The notes beneath the pieces were generated by a model that made no database searches, was not told the DNA's origin, and saw nothing but the letters and a program-made list of their open reading frames with translations. From a virus (Duplodnaviria; Caudoviricetes): a stretch of 64,000 nt of DNA. Location of the stretch: positions 1 through 64,000 of the IMG/VR virus record IMGVR_UViG_3300037067_021615. One strand, 5' to 3'. This document shows, in pieces, positions 48,019 to 58,635 of this stretch (the first letter of the stretch is position 1; every line of letters starts with the position of its first letter). A program made the translations under genes and the position numbers.

Positions 48019-49719
48019 TTATTCTTTTGCTTTAAACAAAGGATTAAGTACAAGCTTATTTGTAAAATGGTCAATAATATAAGTTTTATTTTGTTTAACA
48101 TCAGATTCTGAAAGTCTAAATACAATCATACTACCTTTTGCTTTTGGAACATCTAAAAAACCTTTTTCTTCCCCAGAAAATGGAGTATTGCATAAATCTG
48201 ATTCCAATGGTTTGTTAGTAGCTTCAAATTCTTTATTTGTATCAGACTCATATTCTTTTCTAGAAACTGTATCTGATTTATCTTTTATATTACAGAAACA
48301 ATCATTTTCATATAATTCTTTCCATCTTTTTGATTGCTCTTTTTGTGTTAATTTTTCTGTAATAACATATCTTTTATTAATTCCTTTTTCTTCATTTTCA
48401 GTCAAAGAAGAAAATTTTCTTTTTGTTAAATTAAGTTTTTTCTTATAAGTTTCTTCAATACTTTTAGCTGTTTCTTCTATTTGATTTAATTCCCCATGCC
48501 CCGTTTCTTTTAGCTCTTCTGGGCTATTAACTTTGATACCATGTTTCCCCATTGTGTAATTATGTTCCATCCCCTTTGGCGGCCATAATTTTTCACTCAT
48601 TGGAACTTCTTCCACATAAGGAGTTTTTAAATTTTCTGTAATAAGTTTATAACTTCCATTTTCTTGTCTAACCAAATGGGGTCTTGGAGTTCTCATTTGA
48701 CCATAAGTTGTGTTTTTTACAGCTTCACTCATTTGAACTTTTTCATATCCCAAATTTTTACTAGCTTTATCTTCATGTTCTCCCCAACCGAATTTTTTGG
48801 CAAATCCAGGTCCAACCGAATTTTTATCTGCACCTTTTCCTTCGGTATCAGATGCTACTGGTCCTGCTAATGGAGCTGGAGATGTTGTTATTTCCTCAAT
48901 TGTTTTATCTTCACTCCCAATAACAAGTTTTTTATCAGTTGGCTCTCCAGTTGGTGTTTCTGGGGTTTTAGCTCCCCTTTTTTCTTTCTCTTCGTTTGAC
49001 TCAAGAGATTCGTTTACAAAATTATATATTTTTTTTCCAGCTTCTTCAAAAGAGCTTGATAAGATGTCTGTTAATTTCATATTATATTTATTTTCTTTTA
49101 CAATTGAATCATTCATATTTTTTTCATTTTTATCATCATTTGCAATTTTGGTACCAACTAAATATTCTGCTTCAGCTTGAGCAATTGGCTTAAAAAATTT
49201 TTTAAAATCTTTTATAAATGTTTTTTCATTTTCAATACCTGAAATAATCCCACTTTTATTTAATTTATTAGGAGCATATGTATCCTTTTCTGATGATTGG
49301 TGAAAGGCTGCAGCTTCTGTGTTTTTATAATCTATATGAACAGTTTTATCTTTTATTTCTACATAAATTTCACTAACTATTTTTTTTCCGCCAAAAGTAG
49401 AGGTTTTTTGCATATATGAAACTGGTTTTGTAGCTCCCATATTAAGCATTTTTGGAATAGAAACTGTTACATTTAATTTCCCTTCTTGCGTTCCTTTCCC
49501 AACTTCTTTTTCTTTCCCATCTTTTCCTCCAGCAGCTATAACGAACATATAGCTATCTTTTTCTTCGTAGCCTAATTCTTTAAAAGCATTAATTGTTTCT
49601 TCTTTAATTATTTCTTCAATGTTTTCTCCTACAATTTTTTTAATTTTTTGACGTAGAGCAAAATCATCTGTTTGTTGTACAACGTTCTTTGGATATATTT
49701 CTTCTTTTTCCATTTGCAA
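48019..49719 (-). CDS. large late-class protein (putative internal virion protein)
   Basis: Late motif; many (I/L/V)xE sites; charged low-complexity sequence. Confidence 0.65.
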   Translation of the reverse strand: MQMEKEEIYPKNVVQQTDDFALRQKIKKIVGENIEEIIKEETINAFKELGYEEKDSYMFVIAAGGKDGKEKEVGKGTQEGKLNVTVSIPKMLNMGATKPVSYMQKTSTFGGKKIVSEIYVEIKDKTVHIDYKNTEAAAFHQSSEKDTYAPNKLNKSGIISGIENEKTFIKDFKKFFKPIAQAEAEYLVGTKIANDDKNEKNMNDSIVKENKYNMKLTDILSSSFEEAGKKIYNFVNESLESNEEKEKRGAKTPETPTGEPTDKKLVIGSEDKTIEEITTSPAPLAGPVASDTEGKGADKNSVGPGFAKKFGWGEHEDKASKNLGYEKVQMSEAVKNTTYGQMRTPRPHLVRQENGSYKLITENLKTPYVEEVPMSEKLWPPKGMEHNYTMGKHGIKVNSPEELKETGHGELNQIEETAKSIEETYKKKLNLTKRKFSSLTENEEKGINKRYVITEKLTQKEQSKRWKELYENDCFCNIKDKSDTVSRKEYESDTNKEFEATNKPLESDLCNTPFSGEEKGFLDVPKAKGSMIVFRLSESDVKQNKTYIIDHFTNKLVLNPLFKAKE

Positions 49720-49798
49720 ATAGATTTTTTTATAAATATTAAAAAAAAACCTTTTTACATTTTTATTTTAAAATAAAAAAGCTGCATCTCTGCAGCTA

Positions 49799-50101
49799 TT
49801 ATTTAATTAAATTTTTTTTTCTCCAAGCTTCCCAGGTATCACGGTCTTCAATTTTTAATCCTGGATTGTCTAAATATATATTATTTTCAAAAAAGTATCC
49901 TACAAATCTTTTTTTATATATGGTTTTCTTTTTTTTCTTCATATAATAATATGCATCCGTATCATAGTCACCATCTTCAACTTGATATGATATAGTTTTA
50001 TACATTTTTTTAGCAAATAGCCAAAATTTATAATTCCATTTTGCATTTAAAATATAAAATCTAAATCTTGAATGGTTCCATATTTTTTTAAAGATGTTCA
50101 T
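49799..50101 (-). CDS. hypothetical protein; start MNIFKK
   Basis: Internal ATG avoids overlap. Confidence 0.55.
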   Translation of the reverse strand: MNIFKKIWNHSRFRFYILNAKWNYKFWLFAKKMYKTISYQVEDGDYDTDAYYYMKKKKKTIYKKRFVGYFFENNIYLDNPGLKIEDRDTWEAWRKKNLIK

Positions 50102-50108
50102 ATGCAGA

Positions 50109-50504
50109 TTAATTTTTTTTAAATTCTTTGACACTAATTCTTTCATGTGCCGTGTGTTTATCCCCACATTTTGAACATACACAATCATTTAAATCTTTGT
50201 ATTCTTCTTTCTTTTCTGAATAAAAAGCATATCCAACTAATGTTGTAGAATGCATTTTTGACCCACATTTTGGACAAACTTTATGAGCTTTGCTATATTT
50301 TCTCATGAATTTTTTATATTCTTTGCTGGGCTTATCTACGCATAAAGATGTGTATGGCAAATATATATACGCAGATTCTATATATTCTTTTTCAATTGAT
50401 ACTTCAGCGACATTCATTTTTTTAATTTCAATTGTTTCATAAAATTCTGGATTAACTTTTTTTAAAGTATAGCGAAAAGTTATTTTTTTTATGTTCTTTT
50501 TCAT
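50109..50504 (-). CDS. zinc-ribbon protein
   Basis: CPKCG...CSKCG. Confidence 0.65.
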   Translation of the reverse strand: MKKNIKKITFRYTLKKVNPEFYETIEIKKMNVAEVSIEKEYIESAYIYLPYTSLCVDKPSKEYKKFMRKYSKAHKVCPKCGSKMHSTTLVGYAFYSEKKEEYKDLNDCVCSKCGDKHTAHERISVKEFKKN

Positions 50505-50505
50505 A

Positions 50506-50742
50506 TTACCACATTGTTAATTGCATTGGAGAGATTACATAAAATAAAAGAAGTAAACAAAAGATAAATATTGCAATTATAGAAAAATATAACATAATTT
50601 TTACTTTTATTTTATCTATAATTGTACTATCTTCATACTCCACAGTTTTTTCTGTCAGCTTAAAATCTTTGTATAAGTTTTTTATTATAAAACCACCTAA
50701 AATAATAATAAGCGATAATATAATTTTAAGTAATATTATCAT
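50506..50742 (-). CDS. small membrane protein with two TM helices
   Basis: Hydrophobic termini. Confidence 0.55.
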   Translation of the reverse strand: MIILLKIILSLIIILGGFIIKNLYKDFKLTEKTVEYEDSTIIDKIKVKIMLYFSIIAIFIFCLLLLFYVISPMQLTMW

Positions 50743-51094
50743 TATTTGATTCCTCCTTTTTTTCTATTGTTTGTTTAACTTCATTAACTACTTGAGAATT
50801 ATTTTCTTTAAAAATTTGATTAATTTCGTTTTCAACTTTTTTAATATTTTCGTCTAAATGTTCGTTAGCTGATGGTAATGGGAAGTGATTTGCATAATAT
50901 CTCTGAATAACCTCTATTGTCAACTCTGCTAATGTGATTTTTTCAAATTCTTTTTTCAATTCTGTAGTATTCTCATCGATTGGGTTACATCCATGCTCTA
51001 ATATAAAAGAAATATTAGAAGCAGCTCTATCTCTGTCTGCTACACATTGAGATAAAGTTGCTAACATCATTTTTTGTTTATTTTTTTCCATCAT
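50726..51094 (-). CDS. hypothetical protein
   Basis: ORF track. Confidence 0.6.
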   Translation of the reverse strand: MMEKNKQKMMLATLSQCVADRDRAASNISFILEHGCNPIDENTTELKKEFEKITLAELTIEVIQRYYANHFPLPSANEHLDENIKKVENEINQIFKENNSQVVNEVKQTIEKKEESNNDNIT

Positions 51095-51096
51095 TT

Positions 51097-51702
51097 TTAG
51101 ATTTGACTTTCTGGAATTACTGGGACTTCATCTCTCTGCTCTTTTATGTTTTCTTTTTTATTTTTTCTTTCTTCTTTTTCTTGATTAGTAATTCTTTCCA
51201 CAACTGTATCAATCATTTCTGAACTATTTAATACTTTGGCTTCACCATAACATCTTAAATTGGAGGTATATTCTTTGCTATCGGCTGGATATTTTTTAGT
51301 TTTGTTATCAATATCAATATCAACACCACAAAGTATTTTATCTAATTGAATTACTTTATTTTCTATATCTAATTCTTTCCATGATTTATAATGAATGAAG
51401 AGTATGTAATCATATTCATCATTTACCATTTTTTCTACATCAGTACGCAAAGACAAATTTCCAAGTACGTATCTACCACCATCTTTTTTTACATTTGTAG
51501 TATAAAGATATTTAATTCTTTCTGGCTTTATGTCTTTGTTGTGTTCAGTATTAGATTTAATCCAATTAGCAATCTGCAGTAATTCATCATCTGCATCTAT
51601 GTATTTGCTACCACCAGCAAAAACCGTTTGCTTTTCTAAAAGTTCAACTTGTATCTCAGGAGTTTGTACTCCTCTTAATGCTAAAAAATTTTTTTCTGTC
51701 AT
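51097..51702 (-). CDS. phage-metallopeptidase-like fold lacking HExxH
   Basis: RIKYLY, YDYIL, W.EL....K...LD; KILCG replaces HELxH. Confidence 0.5.
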   Translation of the reverse strand: MTEKNFLALRGVQTPEIQVELLEKQTVFAGGSKYIDADDELLQIANWIKSNTEHNKDIKPERIKYLYTTNVKKDGGRYVLGNLSLRTDVEKMVNDEYDYILFIHYKSWKELDIENKVIQLDKILCGVDIDIDNKTKKYPADSKEYTSNLRCYGEAKVLNSSEMIDTVVERITNQEKEERKNKKENIKEQRDEVPVIPESQI

Positions 51703-51827
51703 AATTATATGTTTTAATATTAACAGTCAAAGATAAGAAAAAAAAATATGAAAACAAAATTATTATAAAAAAAGAAGCACCCCTAAAAAATGGGAGTGCC
51801 AGACCACAAATACTTTTCGTGGTGATG

Positions 51828-52391
51828 TTATTTATTTATTCTTTGTTGTGATGGGTCGTATTGTGTTCTAAAAACACCCATTCCATTATTTTTATAGGCG
51901 CCCCCAACATGGCGTAATCTTTCTTTTTTTTTATTTCCCTGTTCATGTGTATCAGATAGTTTAGATGTTACCCATTTTTTACAAGCATCTCCACCATGTA
52001 AATTCCAAACCAATAATATATTTGATTTAATCATTTCATATATAGTACCCCTTCTTTGCTGTATTATTCCTATTCTTTTTCTTTCTTCTTCCACTTTTGT
52101 TAAATTAGATTCAAAAAAAGATTTTAATCTCTTCATTTCAGCAAAACTTTGTTTAGTTTTTTGAGAAAGTTGTTTTGCTTTCATTCTACCACTGCCCTGA
52201 TTTCCTGTTGTATCTAAACTTGCTAATTTTATTCCCTTTTGTAATGCTACAGTTATAGCCTCTAGTGCTGTTTGTGCTGTTTCTGCCACTTCAGTAGTGG
52301 GCATATAATTTTTATTGTTATTTTTCATCTCAAAAGACTCAAATAGCAAATTGATTTGTTCTCTTATTATTTTTCTGAGAGCATTCTTCAT
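51828..52391 (-). CDS. late-class protein with W.L.GGD domain
   Basis: LRKIIREQINLLFES leader; KRLKSFF; WNLHGGDA. Confidence 0.65.
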   Translation of the reverse strand: MKNALRKIIREQINLLFESFEMKNNNKNYMPTTEVAETAQTALEAITVALQKGIKLASLDTTGNQGSGRMKAKQLSQKTKQSFAEMKRLKSFFESNLTKVEEERKRIGIIQQRRGTIYEMIKSNILLVWNLHGGDACKKWVTSKLSDTHEQGNKKKERLRHVGGAYKNNGMGVFRTQYDPSQQRINK

Positions 52392-52846
52392 TATTCACTT
52401 ATCATTGATAGAACTGTGTTCTTGATATCAATTTCATTAACTGCTGGGAATCCCAAGTTCATTAAATTCCAATTTATTTCATCATAAAAAGAAATGTTGT
52501 TTATTGGAGTTCCTGACTTTAAAACTCGTTTAATACATATTTCAAGTGCTTCGTCTGGCTTAAGGTTTGATGGAGCTACTTTAGGCGTTCTAACTGCTGT
52601 ATTGTCTTTATAATCATCTACAATCGAATTAACAGTTTTTCCTCTTCCTCCAGTTCCAAATTTGCCAGCTATATAATATTCATTTTTAAAATCTGCATTT
52701 ATGTTTTCAGAAATAAGAGCTTTAAGCCTTTTATTTTCTTTCAAAAGTTTTTCTGAATTTATTTCCTTTGTATTGTCTTTATAAATTTCATGACTTTCCT
52801 CAAGAGAATTCATAATTTCAATCATTCTTTTATCGTTTTCTTTCAT
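52391..52846 (-). CDS. late-class hypothetical protein
   Basis: ORF track. Confidence 0.6.
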   Translation of the reverse strand: MKENDKRMIEIMNSLEESHEIYKDNTKEINSEKLLKENKRLKALISENINADFKNEYYIAGKFGTGGRGKTVNSIVDDYKDNTAVRTPKVAPSNLKPDEALEICIKRVLKSGTPINNISFYDEINWNLMNLGFPAVNEIDIKNTVLSMISE

Positions 52847-52864
52847 TTTATTAAATTTTATATG

Positions 52865-53347
52865 TTACCAAACTACTGTTCCTAATCCTAAATTGCCAGA
52901 ATAATTTCTAACTGATTTTGGCATTGACCTTTTAAATATTTTTTCCAAATCCATTGTTTGACTTGCACCAATCATCCTGTTTGTTGCATTTGATGGGATG
53001 TCTTGGTCTGGCATTATTTCATTTGTATCGTCTATTATTTCATCTATCTGTTCTACATCAGCTTCTTTTGAGCTATCAAAATAATCTTTAAGATAATCAT
53101 TGAATAAACTTGAAGCTTTCTTGCCTTCTTTTAAATGCGTATTTAACCATTTTTTAAAATCAGTTAATTTAGTAATAAAAGAATACTTTTTTTTATAAGT
53201 AGTAGAGAAATCAATTTTAATATAATTTTCTTTATTATCAAAATCTATATCATGAATTTTATCAATAGTATCTCCTTTGATATAAATAAAATTATCATCT
53301 TTATCACTTTCTGATTCTAACAAAAAGTCTCTTATGCTATTTTTCAT
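52865..53347 (-). CDS. late-class hypothetical protein
   Basis: ORF track. Confidence 0.6.
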   Translation of the reverse strand: MKNSIRDFLLESESDKDDNFIYIKGDTIDKIHDIDFDNKENYIKIDFSTTYKKKYSFITKLTDFKKWLNTHLKEGKKASSLFNDYLKDYFDSSKEADVEQIDEIIDDTNEIMPDQDIPSNATNRMIGASQTMDLEKIFKRSMPKSVRNYSGNLGLGTVVW

Positions 53348-53411
53348 CCCAAATGTTTTATAATAAATAGAATAAAATTCTTTTTTTTGGGGGAATTAAA
53401 ACTAATTATGA

Positions 53412-55502
53412 TTATTCGTTTTGTAATTTTAAATCTTTTATGGGTCTATAAGATATATCTTTAATTGTAAGAAATTCCATTAATAATCTTTTGAATCTAT
53501 CTGACCCTGGTTTATTAGCAAATCCTTTTACTTGGTGAAATTCGAGTCCATTGACACTATCAAATGTAAACCCAATTGTAAATCTTATTAATTCATCTGG
53601 AGATAAATCTGCAGTTCTATCAAATACTTGCCCAATAACATAAGATTCTGTAATAACTTTTTTGGAATAAGATGATGCACTATGCTTCATTTGAACCCCT
53701 TCTGTTATAAGCATAGCTGGAGTGGATATTAATTTGAATTCTAAAGGTCCCTCATAATCTTCTCTGCTTTCTAAAAACTTAAATCTGTTAACAAAATCTT
53801 TAAATTTAGCATTTTTTTCTTTATCTGCCACAACGTTAAAATATTTAACCAAGTTATCGTGATAATCTATTAATTCCTTATATGTTCTAATTTTATTAAA
53901 TTCCTTTCTAGGGTCAAATTCTAGAACCTCCATCATCATTATACTGTCATCATAAAACACAAATTCAAATTTATTTACATTTGAATAATCTGGAATAAAA
54001 TTTTCCATGTTAAGAGTTGGCTTATATTTAAGTGTTTCTTGAATTGTATAGTCTTTTATTATGGCAATAATTCTTTCGAACTCTTTAATGTCAACATTAT
54101 CTCTAAAATAAATTAAATCTATAACCCTTGTAAGTAATTCTAAGTCATGTTTTTGTAATAAAGATATTATTTGATGCTTATCGTAGAATTTAAAATATTT
54201 TAATAATTGTTTATAATCCGAAAAATTTTTTATGTTTTTATATATAAACTTTGAGGCATTTGCATCATTTGATATTTCCATTACTTGAAATTTGTTTGCA
54301 TCAGCATTGTGGGAAATTTTAGTTTTATAATCTTTGTTTTCTTTATAAATAATTTTCATTTCTTTTTCTTCGCCTTCAATTACTTCAAAGCTTTTGATTT
54401 CTTCTTTTCTTTCTGAAGGCTTTCTTTTTAAATCTGCAGCTTCATCAATTTCCATTTTTATTATTTTACTTGATTTAAAAAGGAACTCATGAATTTCTTT
54501 GTTATCTTCATTTACTTCTTCATTTATCTTTTTAATATAGTTGCTAACAAGATAATTAAATATAGGAATTGGGGATGTTAATCCACCATCTTTCAATTTG
54601 CTACTACTTGGGACATCACATTCTTTCATTAAATCATATAAAAATTTGCAGCCTTTAGTTAAAGCTATAGTAGACAGATTAGAATATTTTATTATCCCAA
54701 AAAATATAGAAACAACTTTTTTTATTGAATCCAAACCTGCATGATTAAATCTATTTTTCACTTCTCCCAATAACTCTTCTACAACATTAGTGTTTTTAAC
54801 ATCTATAACATATTTAGCAAGTTTACTAACATATAATTGCACATAATATAAGTTATAGATATTGGGAATTTCTTCAGTAAAAATGTTATCAGTTACTTTT
54901 GTAATCATATCCAAATCAAACTCTATTTCATTAGCATCAAAGTCTTTGAAATATATTTTATTAAATGATATGTTGTATTTTATGTATTTACATTTTTGTT
55001 CAAAGTCAAGAGTATATGCTGGGTTTGTATTTGTTCCACTTTTTTTGATGTCTGGCTTTATTTTTGCATAATATAAAAATAATTCATTTTCTGTTTCTAA
55101 AACATTATATCCAGATATAAAATATGAATTGTCTACAATTAATTTTTGTTGATTTTCTAATGTAGCAAAATTTTTATTGCATCCATTACACCTTATTATA
55201 ATATCATCATCTTCTGACAATTTTATACTTTTAAACAAATCTGCAAATTCATCATCATTATCTTTACAAATTATACTTAACTTATCTGATTTACTTTCAT
55301 TGTTTTTAAGTTCTACAGGTAAATTAATTTTTTCTGGAAACAAATAGTCTATTTGCTCATGTTTTGGAATTTCTTTTACAATTTTTTTTTCAGTTTCTGT
55401 TATAACACCACAGTTACAAAAATAAATTTCTTTTTCTCTTTCTTTATCTTCAAATAAAAAAGAATATTCTTTTTTAATTTCTTTTATATCTAAAACTTGC
55501 AT
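53412..55502 (-). CDS. large protein with C-terminal PcfJ-like domain
   Basis: HD.L, EGVQMKHSASSY, FTI, QVKGFAN; N-terminal CxC/CxxC. Confidence 0.7.
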   Translation of the reverse strand: MQVLDIKEIKKEYSFLFEDKEREKEIYFCNCGVITETEKKIVKEIPKHEQIDYLFPEKINLPVELKNNESKSDKLSIICKDNDDEFADLFKSIKLSEDDDIIIRCNGCNKNFATLENQQKLIVDNSYFISGYNVLETENELFLYYAKIKPDIKKSGTNTNPAYTLDFEQKCKYIKYNISFNKIYFKDFDANEIEFDLDMITKVTDNIFTEEIPNIYNLYYVQLYVSKLAKYVIDVKNTNVVEELLGEVKNRFNHAGLDSIKKVVSIFFGIIKYSNLSTIALTKGCKFLYDLMKECDVPSSSKLKDGGLTSPIPIFNYLVSNYIKKINEEVNEDNKEIHEFLFKSSKIIKMEIDEAADLKRKPSERKEEIKSFEVIEGEEKEMKIIYKENKDYKTKISHNADANKFQVMEISNDANASKFIYKNIKNFSDYKQLLKYFKFYDKHQIISLLQKHDLELLTRVIDLIYFRDNVDIKEFERIIAIIKDYTIQETLKYKPTLNMENFIPDYSNVNKFEFVFYDDSIMMMEVLEFDPRKEFNKIRTYKELIDYHDNLVKYFNVVADKEKNAKFKDFVNRFKFLESREDYEGPLEFKLISTPAMLITEGVQMKHSASSYSKKVITESYVIGQVFDRTADLSPDELIRFTIGFTFDSVNGLEFHQVKGFANKPGSDRFKRLLMEFLTIKDISYRPIKDLKLQNE

Positions 55503-55532
55503 ATATTTTTTGTCTTAAATATAGTAAAACAA

Positions 55533-55565
55533 AAAAAAAGAGTCAAGAATAATCCTGACTCTTTT
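55533..55565 (-). terminator. intrinsic terminator
   Basis: AAAAGAGTCA...TGACTCTTTT. Confidence 0.75.
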
Positions 55566-55584
55566 ATGTATTTTTAAATTATTA

Positions 55585-56307
55585 TTAAATGATTTTAGAT
55601 AATTTAAGTGCTTCTTTTCTTACAAACTCTAATAATGCAGCTTTGTTTTTAAAGCTTTCTGGAAGCTGAATTGTTTTTATAGAATCTCTTAATTTTTGTT
55701 CACGTTCATCTTTTTCGTTTTTAGATTCTTTATTAACTTCTTTATCAGTTTGTCCTTTAGAAAATCCGTCTTTATTTATTTCCCCTTTTCCCAAAACTTG
55801 AGTCATGGGCTTTTCTGCTTTATCTTCTTTGTCCTCTTTGTTCATATCAACATCATTTTCTTTTTTCCCAGGAACTCCACCTTCTTTTGTTGGGTCAGCT
55901 TCTATAGAAATACTTGGTTGAGTAGTTTTACTATCAACTTTTGGCTTTGCTTGACCGTCAATAAATGGATTTGTCTCAGTTCCCTTTTTCTCAGAATTGG
56001 TACCTTCAATTTTAGCTGCCGTAGCAATATCTTCGTCATGACCACCGTCTCTTTCTTTCATTTTAATAGTAACTGGGTCTTCAGTTTTTTTAAATTCTTT
56101 TGGAATATTAACTGGTGCCTCTGTCTTCATTTTCCCTTTAGTATCAACTTGTGCACCAGTAGAATTTTTGGAGCCATCGTTCTTATTCATTTTTAAATCA
56201 GTAGGAGTCCCAAGGTTTTGTATTTTTTCTTCTTTAAGAATTTTGCGAGCTTCAGTTATTATATATTCTCTAAATTCTTCCTCAGTTTTGAATGTTTTAG
56301 TACTCAT
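55585..56307 (-). CDS. late-class low-complexity protein; start MSTKTF
   Basis: EFREYIITEARKILKEE leader after TATTTATA. Confidence 0.65.
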   Translation of the reverse strand: MSTKTFKTEEEFREYIITEARKILKEEKIQNLGTPTDLKMNKNDGSKNSTGAQVDTKGKMKTEAPVNIPKEFKKTEDPVTIKMKERDGGHDEDIATAAKIEGTNSEKKGTETNPFIDGQAKPKVDSKTTQPSISIEADPTKEGGVPGKKENDVDMNKEDKEDKAEKPMTQVLGKGEINKDGFSKGQTDKEVNKESKNEKDEREQKLRDSIKTIQLPESFKNKAALLEFVRKEALKLSKII

Positions 56308-56439
56308 ATAAATTATTTTTTTTATATAAATAGATAATAAAACATAAAAATCAAAAAGCAAACAAACTTTTTTAAAAAAAAACGTATAAAATAATGTAAA
56401 TGGTTTTGAATTTAATAAAAAAGTTGTTATATTTGCAAA

Positions 56440-56943
56440 ATGGAAAATGTTGTTAGAACATACAAGTTACTTATATCCAATAATATTCCAGAAGATTTAT
56501 TTGTTCTTCAATATGGGCAAGAATTATTTAATCATCTCAAAAAAGAAGCTTTTATAATAGACAAAGGGAGATGTGCGGGATGTGAGCATGAACCTCCAGG
56601 TCATAAAAAAAATGATTTATTTTTTCACATATACGAAGTTAATAAAATAAATCCAGAACTTTCTAAGGGAATTACGCTGTGTAAAGCATGTCATGCAACA
56701 CAACATATTGAAAATTCTATAAAAAACAATTGGATAATATTTGTTAACTCTACATATGACCAAAATAATTTAATTAGATTAAATAGGGCAAATCAAACAT
56801 ATGGGCTAATTAATCAAAAATTTATAGTACCATTAAAAAAAACCCCTGAACAATTCTTAAAAGAATGGTATTCTGGGGAAGCTAAATTAACAACAACCTT
56901 AAAAGTTATTTTTACAAATAATTTTAATTTTGATGATTTATAA
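56440..56943 (+). CDS. HNH/zinc-finger-like protein
   Basis: CAGC...H...LCKACHATQH. Confidence 0.6.
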   Translation: MENVVRTYKLLISNNIPEDLFVLQYGQELFNHLKKEAFIIDKGRCAGCEHEPPGHKKNDLFFHIYEVNKINPELSKGITLCKACHATQHIENSIKNNWIIFVNSTYDQNNLIRLNRANQTYGLINQKFIVPLKKTPEQFLKEWYSGEAKLTTTLKVIFTNNFNFDDL

Positions 56944-57975
56944 TGTGGCTTTAGTAACGGGAACTACCTGCTTTAATTGATAAAATTTATCATTTATTTT
57001 TATGATATTTTTTTCTTTATTGGCAACCTCGTAAATGTTTTTCTTTTTTTGTCCTTCTGCATATTCTCTTAAAACTTTTTTTATCATATCTTCCGCAGCT
57101 TTTTTTGCAATAGTTTCCATCATTTCTTTAAGAGTTGCCAAATCATATCCACTATTTTTTTGTTGAGTTTTCATTAAAGTTTCCATCATAAGCATCATCT
57201 TAGACATTTGTTCAGAATTGTCGGTTTGAAACACTTGCGGAGATTGTTGTTGCTGTTGTTTTTTTGAAAAATCTATATTTATCCCTTTTTCTGCTGCCTT
57301 TTTTTTCAAATATAAAACTGGGTCATAAGAAGGCCCTATATTTGAATAATTTTCATCTGTTTGAATTAAATTTCCTTGCGGAACATTGTTGCCAGAATTA
57401 CGCATACTTATTCCTGGAGCTCTGTCTGTAAATAAACTTTCGAGGTTCTCAGCTTCGTCAATTTTTGGAACATTATATGTTTGAACTGGTACTGCACTTT
57501 TTGATTTTTCTTGAGGTTGTCCAGGTCTTGTCTGTCTCTTTCTCCCAACCTTTGGCTCTGGTAATTGTCCCCCTTTGCCACCATTAGATTCAGCTTTTAA
57601 AAAAGTTCTAAATTCTTGTCTCTTAGCCCCTTTTTTAATTGCATCTAATGCATTAAATTTATCTCTAGGAGCGGTATACAGAAGTCTTTGCCTTTCAGCT
57701 CTTTCCTCTGCTAATTGAATTTGTATTTGTTGTGATACATCTGATTCATTAGGTATCACAACATTTGATGTGTTTTGTGGCATATCATATTGCTGCTGAA
57801 CATTTTCTACAACAGGAGCGGCAGGTGGTTCATAGACTCTCTGTTTTGGAACATTTTCAACAGGAACATCTACTAATTGCCCAGCATTACCAGGTAGTCC
57901 CAATGATTTAAAACGCTGAATTTTTTGTTGTTTTATTCTTTCTAACTGAGCAGGAGTTAACTCTTGTTGTTCCAT
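56938..57975 (-). CDS. Gln/Pro-rich hypothetical protein; start MEQQEL
   Basis: Long ORF. Confidence 0.65.
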   Translation of the reverse strand: MEQQELTPAQLERIKQQKIQRFKSLGLPGNAGQLVDVPVENVPKQRVYEPPAAPVVENVQQQYDMPQNTSNVVIPNESDVSQQIQIQLAEERAERQRLLYTAPRDKFNALDAIKKGAKRQEFRTFLKAESNGGKGGQLPEPKVGRKRQTRPGQPQEKSKSAVPVQTYNVPKIDEAENLESLFTDRAPGISMRNSGNNVPQGNLIQTDENYSNIGPSYDPVLYLKKKAAEKGINIDFSKKQQQQQSPQVFQTDNSEQMSKMMLMMETLMKTQQKNSGYDLATLKEMMETIAKKAAEDMIKKVLREYAEGQKKKNIYEVANKEKNIIKINDKFYQLKQVVPVTKATL

Positions 57976-57976
57976 A

Positions 57977-58306
57977 TTATTCTTTTTTATAATTTCTAAT
58001 ATCACTTATTTCATAATCATGAAGAAGTTTTAATCGTTTCTCTTTTATTAAATATTTCAATTTTTCGAATTCTTCTTCTAACATTTCAACTTTTAGTGTT
58101 AAAACCATTTTATTTCTTTCAAATTTCCTAAATTTTATTTTATTACTAACCATCTCAGAAACCATTTTTTTTAAATCTATATAACTTTCTTGTTCTATAA
58201 ATGAATAATTTATATTTTCTCCATAGCATTCTTCAAAGTAATTCATTGAATATTTATACTTGATGTCAATAAAATAAATTTGAGTATTTTTCCTATCTTT
58301 TATCAT
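57977..58306 (-). CDS. hypothetical protein; start MIKDRK
   Basis: ORF track. Confidence 0.5.
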   Translation of the reverse strand: MIKDRKNTQIYFIDIKYKYSMNYFEECYGENINYSFIEQESYIDLKKMVSEMVSNKIKFRKFERNKMVLTLKVEMLEEEFEKLKYLIKEKRLKLLHDYEISDIRNYKKE

Positions 58307-58583
58307 ATTTAAAAATTTTAACTTCTTTTTCTTCATCATCCCACCAAACATAAAAAACAGTATTTCTATGAGAATTTAAAAAAAACAAATGTTCAATATA
58401 TTTTTTTTGTTTAATTTTTTTAAATCTGTTTTTAAGTTTATTTTTTTCTTTAATAATATATTCATCTTCTGAATTAATGCTATTAAGAATTTTTTTAGCT
58501 TCAGCATTTTCTTTAGATAAAAAAGAAAATATTTTATCTTTAAATTCTTTTTGATTTTCTATTATTTTTTGAATTGGGTGCAT
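58293..58583 (-). CDS. hypothetical protein
   Basis: ORF track. Confidence 0.5.
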   Translation of the reverse strand: MHPIQKIIENQKEFKDKIFSFLSKENAEAKKILNSINSEDEYIIKEKNKLKNRFKKIKQKKYIEHLFFLNSHRNTVFYVWWDDEEKEVKIFKYDKR

Positions 58584-58635
58584 AAAGAAAATATAATTCT
58601 TAAAAAAAAAAAATTAAATAGTTATTTAATTTATA

